The notes beneath the pieces are model-generated. The model ran no database searches. It saw only the letters and a program-made list of their open reading frames with translations, and had not been told where the DNA came from. From Macrostomum lignano (lineage: Eukaryota), in contig NIVC01001724.1 in NCBI GenBank assembly GCA_002269645.1, positions 91,919 through 155,918 on the forward strand: a stretch of DNA of 64,000 bases, read 5' to 3'. The first letter of the stretch is position 1, and the number at the start of each line of letters is the position of its first letter. A program made the position numbers and the translations under genes. This document shows positions 25,690 through 37,700 of this stretch, piece by piece.

Positions 25690-26915
25690 CCGAAGGTATC
25701 TGGAGATTAGGGTGTCCTTAGCCAGTCTGATGTCACTCAAATAGTTCGACTTCAGTAGCGACGACAACCATAAAATGTCATCAATGCACCGCTTGAAGAA
25801 ACGAGAGGTAAACGCGGCGCAGCTTCTAAAGCTTTGGATTCCCAGCCAGACATAAAGATGTGGTGTAGGATGGCGCTGTTGTGACCGTAGGAGACACTGG
25901 TTGTACAGGAAACTCAATAAATGTATATTATTTGCAGATAGCTAATCATCGTAGCAAGGCAACGCTTTATTTGAAACCGAGGGGAGGCTGTTTAGAGCAG
26001 GACTGTCTTCAATCGCAGAAAGCTTGGTCTTGTGGTCCAGGACTGCCGTCAGGGGTTGGAATCACTTGATTGGCAGGTGCATCGTGTGGCTGATCCAGGC
26101 TCTCGTCATCAGAATTCTCAGCACCAGCGGCTATTGGAGCAAGTCGGTCGTTGCTTGCAAGGCGTAGCGTAGAGTCATTATCCAGAACCCAGAAACTCTG
26201 CGGTTGACGTTGAGGCGTCAGATGTTGGTCTATAGGCAAACTTTTCGCCCTGATCGAACGTTGACGCCACCGGAGCACGGGATCGACGACCAAACACGAG
26301 TTCTGCCGGGCTACGCCCTCGGTGGAGCGACGATATTCTGTGGTGGAAGAGCACACGCTGTAAGAAGGGGAAAAAAACTCGTCATGAGTAATCCGTTCGG
26401 TCCAAGCTCGCAATCCCCGTTTCACAGTTTGAACAGCACGCTCGGCTGCCACTTCTAAAGCTTTGCATGGATTTCCAGGCAGACATAAAGATGTTGGCGT
26501 AGGATGGCGCAAAGGCCTTTCCTATGTTTTTGCCTTCTTTGACTTGAAGGTAGGGCGTGTTGTTGAAAACAAAATCTTTTTTGCTCAAGTTTATGTCCAG
26601 GAGTGCAAGTAAGGTTTGGGGAAATTTTTGAAAGGCATCTCTAATGGCGTCCATCGCCTTGTACGAGACTAAGCAGAGAGATACGACTGAGAGTTGACGA
26701 AGCCTCTTGGCGTTTTCGGATGAAGAAGTTTTGTTCCTTAGCGATCGGCTGTAGGAAGAGATCGATAAATTTGGCGCTCATGTAGCTTTCCGAGCTGCAG
26801 TCCGAGACAACGGGTCTCCCTGGAGGCACTCCAGGAGTAGGCCATTCTTCGGGATCCTTGTGAATTTTTTTGGCAAAAGCCAAAATATTCAATCTTTAGG
26901 ATTGGCGCTTAGGAT
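25690..26915 (-). mobile_element. Fragmented Penelope-like (PLE) reverse transcriptase, interrupted
   Basis: 26480-26915 gives KIHK...PGRPVVSDCSSESY...FIDLFLQPIA and LLDINLSKKDFVFNNTPYLQVK...GKAFAPSYANIFM. 25690-25880 gives the downstream ...FFKRCIDDILW (YIDD-type motif). Frameshifted. Confidence 0.75.
26060..26470 (-). mobile_element. LTR-retrotransposon integrase C-terminal fragment
   Basis: AAERAVQTVKRGLRAW matches the NGxAERxVQTxK catalytic-Glu helix of retroviral-type integrases. Downstream similarity is degenerate. Confidence 0.55.
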
Positions 26916-27071
26916 CAGTTGCGAGTATTGATGATTAGTAATTATCTTTTCTTCCTTAAGATCTTGAAAAATGGTTTTCATAGTGGCACTGGTCTCGGCG
27001 CTCATTGCAGAGGCAAGAGGTTGGTAGAAGGTCCTGTTGGACAGCTGTATGTTATCTTGAAATATATATTC

Positions 27072-27072
<1 letters not shown>

Positions 27073-27127
<55 letters not shown>

Positions 27128-27160
27128 CAAGCAGACAGACAGACAGACAGACAGGCAGGC

Positions 27161-27201
<41 letters not shown>

Positions 27202-27208
27202 GGCAGGC

Positions 27209-27239
<31 letters not shown>

Positions 27240-27240
27240 G
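27073..27240. repeat. (CAGG)n(CAGA)n microsatellite
   Basis: Read directly. Confidence 0.95.
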
Positions 27241-27278
27241 AGTTGCTCAAAAATTCCTTGCAGCTAAAATATTTCTTC

Positions 27279-27583
27279 GCTCATCTGCAACTACTTTTGG
27301 TCTGTCTGCATACCTGCTGAAAAGTTTTTGGTTAGTACATTGTGTTCTATTGGAATTTTATAGTACAAATACGAATATATACGCCGCTTGTCTCTACTTA
27401 GCTCTGTGGACATGCAGTGATTTTTGTTATAATTCCGTTAAATATTCCTAACGAGTTATTTCATGTGACTGCTATTGCTTTTCATTTTACTCGTATATGA
27501 AATTTAAAATATAAAGGTTAGCAAGAATGCTTCAAACTTTGAGCTGCATATTTCACAATAAATCAATTATCCTAACAGATAAT
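27279..27583 (+). repeat. Dispersed direct repeat, copy 2 (copy 1 at 23329-23650)
   Basis: See copy 1. Confidence 0.85.
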
Positions 27584-28240
27584 AGTGAGATCAGTACTCA
27601 CGGAATGCTATTCATCGATATTGAGGTTGCTAGATATATGTAGATAGATTGACAGAGGTGTCGTGATTGACTGACTGGTAGCTGGGATCGAATCAAAATT
27701 TTAAAAAGACACAAATCCGGCGCATTCGATGCGGTTAAATCGGAATCGCGGATGCCAGAAAATTAAAATTGGCTGCAGGTAGTTCAAAACTGAAAGTGAA
27801 AAGGTGTGGAATCTCTAAAAATCATGCAATCACTCCTTGAGAAGTGTTAGGAGTCGGATATAGCAGCTGCGCAACACACCTAGGGCCCTCCTAGGCTGCA
27901 GCCTGCACTCCTTGAAACAACCCCCGCATTCCTAACTCTTGACTCCCGATACCTGTAGCACGCTAATTTCATCCACTCCTTGTTAAGAGCACTCTTACCT
28001 CCTAGCTCATGGATCCTATAGCACGGGCCCCAGTACTCACATGATGCCACAGAACAGAGATCAGGGATATCTGTGTTCACAGGATGCTACATATATAACA
28101 GAGATCAGATAGCTTTACAGAACAATAAAAAACAGATCAAGACATTTCTACCTAAAATCTGCATTTTCTGATAGAGAACTAATAAACGAGAAGCAAGCAA
28201 TGCGTGGCCGTGTATTTGAGTTGCAACAAATATACGGTAA

Positions 28241-28888
28241 CTAGTGCAATGGGCAGAGCGGCGACTGGACTCCGAACACTCGGCATTGGATGACGTCACC
28301 GGCAGCCGTTGGAGGCTGCAAAGCGCAGCAGGTGTACCGCCTCCCGATGTCCCAGCAGGTCAGCTGCTGCACAGTGAGCTCCAACTGCTGCCACGGCTTG
28401 CCAGTCAGGGGACTCTTGTAGGGCACCAGGCGCACCTGGACTCTGCCGCCGGATCGCAGCGGCCGGACTTCCGACATCGCCGCGCCGGCATCGTGGCTGG
28501 CGTTGAGGCAGACGTAGACGGTGCCTTCCGGCTGATCTTTGAGTTGAAACTCGACAGACTCGCCCGGCAGGCCGATGGTGTCCACGGTGGACAGGGTACG
28601 GCTGGCGGTGGCCCAGTCGAAGGTCAGCTTGGCCAGCTCGCCGTCCCAGCCTCCGTGCAGCTCCATCCGTTTCAGCAGGAGCATCGCCCGGCTCAGCGCT
28701 GCAGCAGCCGCGGTTGCCGCCGGACCGGCCGTCCGCTGATCTCGGAGCTCCGCGATAGCGTCGGCGACCTCCGAGTGAGTCGGCGGGCCGAGCCGGTTGG
28801 AAGCGTCGCCGTCTGCGGCGCCACCGACTGGGCCCGACGACAGCAGCAGCAGCATCAGCAGCTGGGCAACGAGAGGCCAAGAAAACAT
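28241..28888 (-). CDS. Secreted protein with a C-terminal Ig-like domain (215 aa, intronless)
   Basis: Signal peptide MFSWPLVAQLLMLLLLSSGPVGG. Ig-type strands GESVEFQL...VYVC...QLELTVQQLTCWDIGRRYTCC (L-x-V/I-x-x-L...D-x-G-x-Y-x-C). GC3-rich codons. Confidence 0.65.
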   Translation of the reverse strand: MFSWPLVAQLLMLLLLSSGPVGGAADGDASNRLGPPTHSEVADAIAELRDQRTAGPAATAAAAALSRAMLLLKRMELHGGWDGELAKLTFDWATASRTLSTVDTIGLPGESVEFQLKDQPEGTVYVCLNASHDAGAAMSEVRPLRSGGRVQVRLVPYKSPLTGKPWQQLELTVQQLTCWDIGRRYTCCALQPPTAAGDVIQCRVFGVQSPLCPLH

Positions 28889-29334
28889 GCTTGCAGTTAC
28901 AAATGCTTCAATTAACGATAGCTTATTAAATTATTATGCCTTCTCTGAGCATCAACTTCTAACAACAGCGCGTCTGCTGATTGGCTCGTTAATTTTTTAG
29001 CATCGATCAAATTTTTTGTACATCGAAATAGGAATACGTAAGAATCAGTGTCTGAGGTATGCAGCGAGGCAGGTGTAGGAATTATTTAAAAAGTTTTACC
29101 ACTGAGAGACAAACCCCCAAGGCATTATATGAGTAAGCAGATGAGCGAGAGAAGTCAGAGTTGCTGTACACACTGTACAGAGGCTGGTTAAATTACTCGC
29201 CAGTTGCCCCACTGGTCAAAGATGTTTTTAATTAATTGTACAATGGTTTTGAACAAAATGTGTTTTGATTTGGGCAACATTTGACCCAAAGAGCTGCTAG
29301 CTTTAATGTAAAACCGCCTTTATTTATTTATTTA

Positions 29335-30715
<1,381 letters not shown>

Positions 30716-31069
30716 TAGAAGATACATTCATCTTCTCCTGTACAAGAATGTTTTGGTGAAAGTCGCAATGCTTTGGTTCCAATGATTTTAATACGGCAAC
30801 ATTCAGCCCAGTGTATTTGCTGATTTTTAAAGAAAATAGCTAAAATGTCGTTTTACGGTAAAAGTGTGCACAGGTTTTCGTTTTTTTCTGTATAAGTGCA
30901 ATCAAACTTTATGCTGCAGATTATTCGCAATTATTAGTTAATTCCTATTTGAGTAGCAAGTAGTCAGTCCTTACTTTTGGCGAAAAAATGAATTGTAAGC
31001 AAAGATAAGCATAAATACCAGGTTAGTGTCAGCGGCGTACGGAGAAGGCTATCTGACGTTAAAAGTTAG

Positions 31070-31400
31070 GGGTGCCACTTTCTGTGCTAGGGGTGCCACT
31101 TTCTGTGCTAGGGGTGCCACTTTCTGTGCTAGGGGTGCCACTTTCTGTGCTAGGGGTGCCACTTTCTGTGCTAGGGTGCCACTTTCTGTGCTAGGGGTGC
31201 CACTTTCTGTGCTAGGGGTGCCACTTTCTGTGCTAGGGGTGCCACTTTCTGTGCTAGGGGTGCCACTTTCTGTGCTAGGGGTGCCACTTTCTGTGCTAGG
31301 GGTGCCACTTTCTGTGCTAGGGGTGCCACTTTCTGTGCCAGGGGTGCCACTTTCTGCGCTAAGGGTGTTACTTTCTGCGCTAAGGGCGCCACTTTCTGCG
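31070..31400. repeat. 21-bp minisatellite (GGGGTGCCACTTTCTGTGCTA)
   Basis: About 15 copies. Confidence 0.95.
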
Positions 31401-31603
31401 GCAGGAGTGCCAAACTCTCACAGCGTCAGCCCAAGACCCCAAACTAGACGGAAAAACCCTGCGTACGTCTTTGACCAATAAAAATGGAAGCCTGCTTCAA
31501 AAGCAAAGAAAAGCAAAGAAAAGCAAACTAGCTAAAGCAACATGTATCGGATATTTGATTGACCGTTTTGTAATGTTTATATAGCTACTATTAATAAAAC
31601 CAG

Positions 31604-34600
31604 CTAAAGTCCAAACAGAACGGGCACTCTGACTGCGTCATCTTCGTCCTCCTGATGACAGCCGGCGGCAGCGGCGGCGACTTCTGTCGGAGCAGCGTCG
31701 GTGGCGGCTGAGGAGGCCGTGGAATCCGGTTCGGCGACGAGAGACGCCAGCAGCAGGGCTCGGTGCTCGGGCCTGGCCGATGCCAGCTGCTCAGCACCGG
31801 CGTCGAGTCGGCTCAGCACCTCCTGGAGCATCGCTGACCGATGCTGTCGGTGCTGCTGCTGCTGCTGCTGTTGATGACTGCTGTCTGCTTGCTGTAGTCC
31901 GGCACGAAGTTCTGAAATTGTGGCACGAAGCAGTCCACACTGAAGTAACTGAGGGAGAGCCGCAGCCCACACTGAAGTAACTGAGGGAGAGCTGCAGTCC
32001 ACACTGAAGGAACTGATGGAGAGCTGCAGTCCACACTGAAGTAACTGAGGAAGAGCCGCAGTCCACACTGAAGGAACTGAGGAAGAGCTGCAGTCCACAC
32101 TGAAGGAACTGAGGGAGAGCTGCAGTCCACACTGAAGGAACTGAGGGAGAGCTACAGTCCACACTGAAGGAACTGAGGGAGAGCTGCAGCCCACACTGAA
32201 GGAACTGAGGGAGAGCTGCAGTCCACACTGAAGGAACTGAGGGAGAGCTGCAGTCCACACTGAAGGAACTGAGGGAGAGCTGCAGTCCACACTGAAGGAA
32301 CTGAGGGAGAGCTGCAGTCCACATTGAAGGAACTGAGGGAGAGCTGCAGCCCACACTGAAGGAACTGAGGGAGAGCTGCAGTCCACACTGAAGGAACTGA
32401 GGGAGAGCTGCAGTCCACACTGAAGGAACTGAGGGAGAGCTGCAGCCCACACTGAAGGAACTGAGGGAGAGCTGCAGTCCACACTGAAGGAACTGAGGGA
32501 GAGCTGCAGCCCACAAGCCCCATTAAATCTCGCACTGATTTCTGCATAAAAACTGCCATCTTTTCCAAATTTGTCTCAAAACAAGCTCATTTCATAACTA
32601 GGTCAGGCACACCGCTTTTACAATGGTAGAAAAGCATTGTTATGGCCTACAAGTGTACCTAGCTGGTTCGAGAGTCTGCATTTTCGGGGCAGCGGCCCCA
32701 GCATTAAAATACTATATCTATGCTCGGGCTTTCGTCCACAGGGCAGTCACAAAGGGAGAGAGAGGGGGTGAGAGGCCAGAGAAGACAATGGAAACGTGCC
32801 GTCCACGTGAACGACTGCCTACTCTGGGTTGACTGAAACGATGGCTCAATATGTAAGGGCTGTTGCAATTCATTTTTGACTATGAAGCTTTGAGCTCAAT
32901 AGGATTTTCTAGCTCATTCACCCAGCTAAACTCAGCCAACCCCCCCTCTTTCGTAGGTTTTTCCATTGAGCTTGGAAAAGCACTGTATAGTAACGTATAG
33001 GCTGTCTTGCGGCTCTCCATGCTTTGCATCTTTTTCTGGTATTTTAAAAAGGTAGTTTCAATGGAACTGAAAAGCAACCTGTATTGATGCTGACCGGTTT
33101 TTTAGTTATTATTTAACTTTGTCTAAGCTAGACTGCCTAATGAACTCTATATTAAAAACAAACATTTAGCTTACCATCCTCAGTATGCTCTCCCATGAGT
33201 AGAATGATGTCGCGAATGACATCACGCTTAGCCTCTTGTATGGTGCTCAACAATTGATTGCACATTTCGCCTATTTGCTTTGCCAAGTTCTCTGCAGTGA
33301 AAGCGATTTTAGAAGCTTAATTTTCTAAGCTAGTAATTTTTTACCAAATAATTTCGAAATCCTACCATTACTGAGCTACTTACAGAAATTTACTGTCTAT
33401 GGCCAGGCCCTTAGCTGAATGCATTGAGTGTCTATGGCCAGATCATAGCTTAATTCCTTGAGGTGTCTATGGCCGGATCATAGCTGAATGCATTGAGTGT
33501 CTATGGCCAGATCATAGCTTAATTCCTTGAGGTGTCTATGGCCGGATCATAGCTGAATGCATTGAGTGTCTATGGCCAGGCCATAGCTGAATGCATTGAG
33601 TGTCTATGGCCAGGCCATAGCTGAATGCATTGAGTATCTATGGCCAGGCCATAGCTGAATGCATTGAGTATCTATGACCAGGCCATAACTGAATGCATTG
33701 TCTATGGTCAGGCCATAGCTGAATGCATTGAGTATCTATGGCCAGATCATAGCTGAATGCATTGAGTATCTATGACCAGGCCATAACTGAATGCATTGAG
33801 TGTCTATGACCAGGTAATAGCTTAATGCATTGAGTGTCTATGGCCACATCATAGCTTAATTCCTTGAGTGTCTATGGCCGGATCATAACTGAATGCATTG
33901 AGTGTCTATGGCCAGGCCATAACTGAATGCATTGAGTATCTATGACCAGGCCATAACTGAATGCATTGAGTGTCTATGGCCAGGCCATAGCTGAATGCAT
34001 TGAGTGTCTTTAGCCTGGTTCTAGCTGAATCTAGACCAACACCGAAAAGCAAATCTTGGAAACTTACCAAACTGATCTAGAAGCGGTTCGAATTCGAACT
34101 CCCGTCCTCGCAGCAGCCATTTAAGTCGATCGACTAAAGCGACTGTAAGCAACTTTCCCGACTCAGTTGGTAGGATTAGGCAACTTGCCAAGAATTGACG
34201 CGTCGCGGAGGCCAACAAAATTGGCGCCCAATTGGCTGCAGCCGCGCCAAAGTTTCCGTTTGAATTGTCCGACCGGTGCTCCAAACGGCGCTTGTTCCAC
34301 CGGAACAGAGTGGCCAGACAGGACCGCTCCAGGTCGGTGAGTCGAGCCGCCAGAGTCTCAGGCGCGTCAAGCGGGATCAGAGCGTCGCGCACGAGTTCAA
34401 AGCTAATGGGCATGGACTCCTGGCGCGGTTGGCTGTCGTTGAGAGCGGTCCAATTGCCGGCTTCATCTTCCCAGAATCCGTCGTACTGGCTATTTTCGGT
34501 GTCTGTCGGGCTGGGTAGCGATGGACGCGGCGTCACGGCCAGGTTTGAGGACTGGTCCGCCATACGGAGCATGTCCTCAGCTTCCAGGCGAGTCCAGTGC

Positions 34601-35930
34601 CGGTGCCTCTGCGGTGGGGAGAGGGGTTATCTTAAGGTGTCGCAGATAGACTGAGACTAATGCCTTTATGACTCAAAAATCTCCGCGACCTCAGAACCTC
34701 AGGAGAAAATCTGCATGCTACTAGGCCTCGGGGAGTAAGCGTACTAGACCTCGGGGAGTAAGCGTACTAGGCCTCGGGGAGTAAGCGTACTAGGCCTCGG
34801 GGAGTAAGCGTACTAGGCCTTGGGGAGTAAGCGTACTAGGCCTCGGGGAGTAAGCGTACTAGGCCTCGGGGAGTAAGCGTACTAGGCCTCGGGAGTAAGC
34901 GTACTAGGCCTTGGGGAGTAAGCGTACTAGGCCTCGGGGAGTAAGCGTACCAGACCTCGGGGAGTAAGCGTACCAGACCTCGGGGAGTAGAATTCTACAG
35001 GTTAGGTTCATTGCAGCTTTTATATGAACCATATAAAAACGTACTGCGATGTGCTGAATAAAATGAGTAAAATGCAAACGAGGTCGAACGAACGATTGGC
35101 AGAGGATCTTACAAGATGCGGATGTGCATCAGTCTCGATGTCATTCCAAGAGCGCGGGTCTTGCAGACGGCTGCAAATTCGATTAAGAATACGAGCGGGT
35201 AAAAATTAGTGAATCCAAATAGAAGCCTGTGCAATGGAAGAACTCACTGAGCCTCACTTACCGCTGACAATCATTCCGGCATCGAGACACCTGTCCCACC
35301 TGCAGCCCTGACAGTGGTTTCTCCTCTGCAGTCGCAGGTCGCAGTCTCGATTGAAGTGGCAGTCATAGATGTGCCGGTCTTTTACCGACCGCTCGAAGAA
35401 TGACTTGCAACTGTTGAGACACATGGGCGCATTTTGAGCTAAGTTTGAGAATCATTACAGTATACACTGATTTATTGTAAAGCCATCAAGCTTCATGTCT
35501 CGGTAATGCAACTTTTTGTAAAAGGCCAACTCTAAATCATAAAAGGCACTTTTATCTGGATACATTCTCGAAATTAAAGTTTTCAACATCAAAAGAGGAA
35601 GGAAATGACAGTGGCTCACCTGTCGCAGGTGACTGCACCGTAGTGCCAGCCGGAGGCCTCGTCTTCGCACACCACGCACGCCACTTCGCTGCTCCCTGCG
35701 CTGGCGCCTTCCAAGCGGAAGCGTCTCTTCCTGTCGACTCGACTCCGACCGGCTGTCGCTCTCTCCATGACTCTGCGCGAACTCAACCGACGTCGGCTGA
35801 GCGCCTGCTGGCACACGGCGGTGCCGCAGGCGGCCAAGCTGCAGCCAGTTCGATCTTTGACAAATGGAATGCCGAACTGGCTAAAAAGCCTGTTGATCAT
35901 CTCGCTACTGCTGCGGCTGCTTTCGTTCAT
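31604..35930 (-). CDS. Divergent nuclear hormone receptor (C4 zinc-finger DBD plus degenerate LBD)
   Basis: Exons: 35930-35620 (CVVCEDEASGWHYGAVTCD), 35410-35262 (SCKSFFERSV...CHFNRDC...RRNHCQGCRWDRCLDAGM), 35170-35113 (AVCKTRALG), ~34608-34068 (LFRWNKR, NWAPILL), 33291-33175, and 31911-31604. All junctions have matching phases except exon 3 to exon 4. A short 5'UTR intron lies at 35987-35934. Confidence 0.85.
31925..32515. repeat. 32-bp intronic minisatellite (CAGTCCACACTGAAGGAACTGAGGGAGAGCTG)
   Basis: About 18 copies abutting the last NR acceptor. Confidence 0.95.
33400..34010. repeat. 34-bp intronic minisatellite (GAGTGTCTATGGCCAGGCCATAGCTGAATGCATT)
   Basis: About 18 copies. Confidence 0.95.
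34720..34990. repeat. 23-bp intronic minisatellite (CTAGGCCTCGGGGAGTAAGCGTA)
   Basis: About 11 copies. Confidence 0.95.
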
Positions 35931-36189
35931 TGTCTGTTTGCAGTGGAATAATTCACTGTGACGGCAGTTGCTTTCCCACTGACTTACAGTTAGTCGGGGC
36001 AGAGCTTCTTGTGCTGCGACTGGCTAAATAGTCTGGCCTCCCTGTCAGAGAGACTTGCTTCTAGCCAGTCCTATAGGCGGTCACTTGCTGGCTTGGGCAC
36101 GTGGCCGGTGTCTTGAGTCGGGCACGAGGCGCGGGCGCAGACTCTTCTCTGTTTGGCGCCCAACCCCAAACCCCAAACCCCCTCTCTAG

Positions 36190-36250
36190 CTGAGGACTCC
36201 GCCCTGGGGCGGCAGCTTCGGTAGCCAGGCCGCGCACTATTGGCTGCTCG
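36190..36250 (-). promoter_or_regulatory. Putative proximal promoter of the nuclear receptor (CCAAT and GC box)
   Basis: Minus-strand CCAAT (36243-36239) and GGGCGG (36204-36199) upstream of a non-coding exon ending at donor 35987. Confidence 0.35.
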
Positions 36251-36474
36251 AGGTGCAAAAGCCTGTTTATTCATTGCTTCAAGGGAACAGCTTTTCTCTG
36301 TATGTCTCTGCGCACAATAGAAGCGACTGAATGTCCTCTAAGCGTGCTCGTTAAGATGACGCTGGAAGCTAGAGTAGATGTTTTTGCAATGAAGTCTTCT
36401 TTAGTCTGAAGTCCTCTTTATCTGAATCTACCAAACGAACTGATGTTCACCTGCCTAAAAATTGGTTTTTTTTC

Positions 36475-37700
36475 GGACAAACTAGATGGCAGTTATCTAT
36501 GGCTCACTGTGACAAATTAGATGGCAGTTATCTATGGCTAACTGTGACAAATTAGATGGCAGTTATCTATGGCTCACTGTGACAAACTAGATGGCAGTTA
36601 TCTATGGCTCACTGTGACAAATTAGATGGCAGTTATCTATGGCTCACTGTGACAAATTTAGATGGCAGTTTTCTATGGCTCACTGTGGAAAAATTAGATG
36701 GCAGTTATCTATGGCTCACTGTGACAAATTAGATGGCAGTTATCTATGGCTCAGTGTGGACAAATTAGATGGCAGTTATCTATGGCTCACTGTGACAAAT
36801 TAGATGGCAGTTATCTATGGCTCACTGTGGAAAAATTAGATGGCAGTTATCTATGGCTCACTGTGACAAATTAGATGGCAGTTATCTATGGCTCACTGTG
36901 GAAAAATTAGATGGCAGTTATCTATGGCTCACTGTGACAAACTAGATAGCAGTTATCTATGGCTCAGTGTGGACAAATTAGATGGCAGTTATCTATGGCT
37001 CAGTGTGGACAAATTAGATGGCAGTTATCTATGGCTCAGTGTGGACAAATTAGATGGCAGTTATCTATGGCTCACTGTGACAAACTAGATGGCAGTTATC
37101 TATGGCTCACTGTGACAAATTTAGATGGCAGTTTTCTATGGCTCACTGTGGAAAAATTAGATGGCAGTTATCTATGGCTCACTGTGACAAATTAGATGGC
37201 AGTTATCTATGGCTCAGTGTGGACAAATTAGATGGCAGTTATCTATGGCTCACTGTGACAAACTAGATGGCAGTTATCTATGGCTCACTGTGACAAATTA
37301 GATGGCAGTTATCTATGGCTCAGTGTGGACAAATTAGATGGCAGTTATCTATGGCTCACTGTGACAAACTAGATGGCAGTTATCTATGGCTCACTGTGAC
37401 AAATTAGATGGCAGTTATCTATGGCTCACTGTGACAACTTAGATGGCAGTTATCTATGGCTCACTGTGACAAATTTAGATGGCAGTTATCTATGGCTCAG
37501 TGTGGACAACTTAGATGGCAGTTATCTATGGCTCACTGTGGACAAATTAGATGGCAGTTATCTATGGCTAACTGTGGCTAATCGGATAGCAGTTATCTAT
37601 GACTAACTTTGGCTAATCGGATAGCAGTTATCTATGACTAACTTTGGCTAATCGGATAGCAGTTATCTATGACTAACTTTGGCTAATCGGATAGCAGTTA
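36475..37700. repeat. 35-37-bp minisatellite; its terminal variant resumes at 47357-47460 after the Helitron insertion
   Basis: Unit AAATTAGATGGCAGTTATCTATGGCTCACTGTGAC, then variant GACTAACTTTGGCTAATCGGATAGCAGTTATCTAT on both sides of the insertion. Confidence 0.95.

Noticed and set aside
27880-28080. ORF containing HELGGKSALNKEWMKLAC as a possible third member of the LGGK secreted family
   Set aside because: Cys spacing differs, gaps are needed, there is no ATG or signal peptide, and codons lack the GC3 bias. The similarity could be chance.
28244-28915. Alternative-frame and antisense ORFs over the Ig-like gene (likewise over TMCC exon 2 and the oxygenase)
   Set aside because: Shadow ORFs expected from GC3-rich coding sequence.
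30869-31460. Possible hAT MITE with CAGGGTTTT...AAAACCCTG ends around the 21-bp array
   Set aside because: Only a 9-10-bp inverted match, and the flanks show no TSD.
31912-32568. 5' parts of long minus-strand ORFs 31604-32482 and 31791-32516
   Set aside because: A 32-bp intronic repeat. Only 31604-31911 is supported as an exon, by acceptor and phase.
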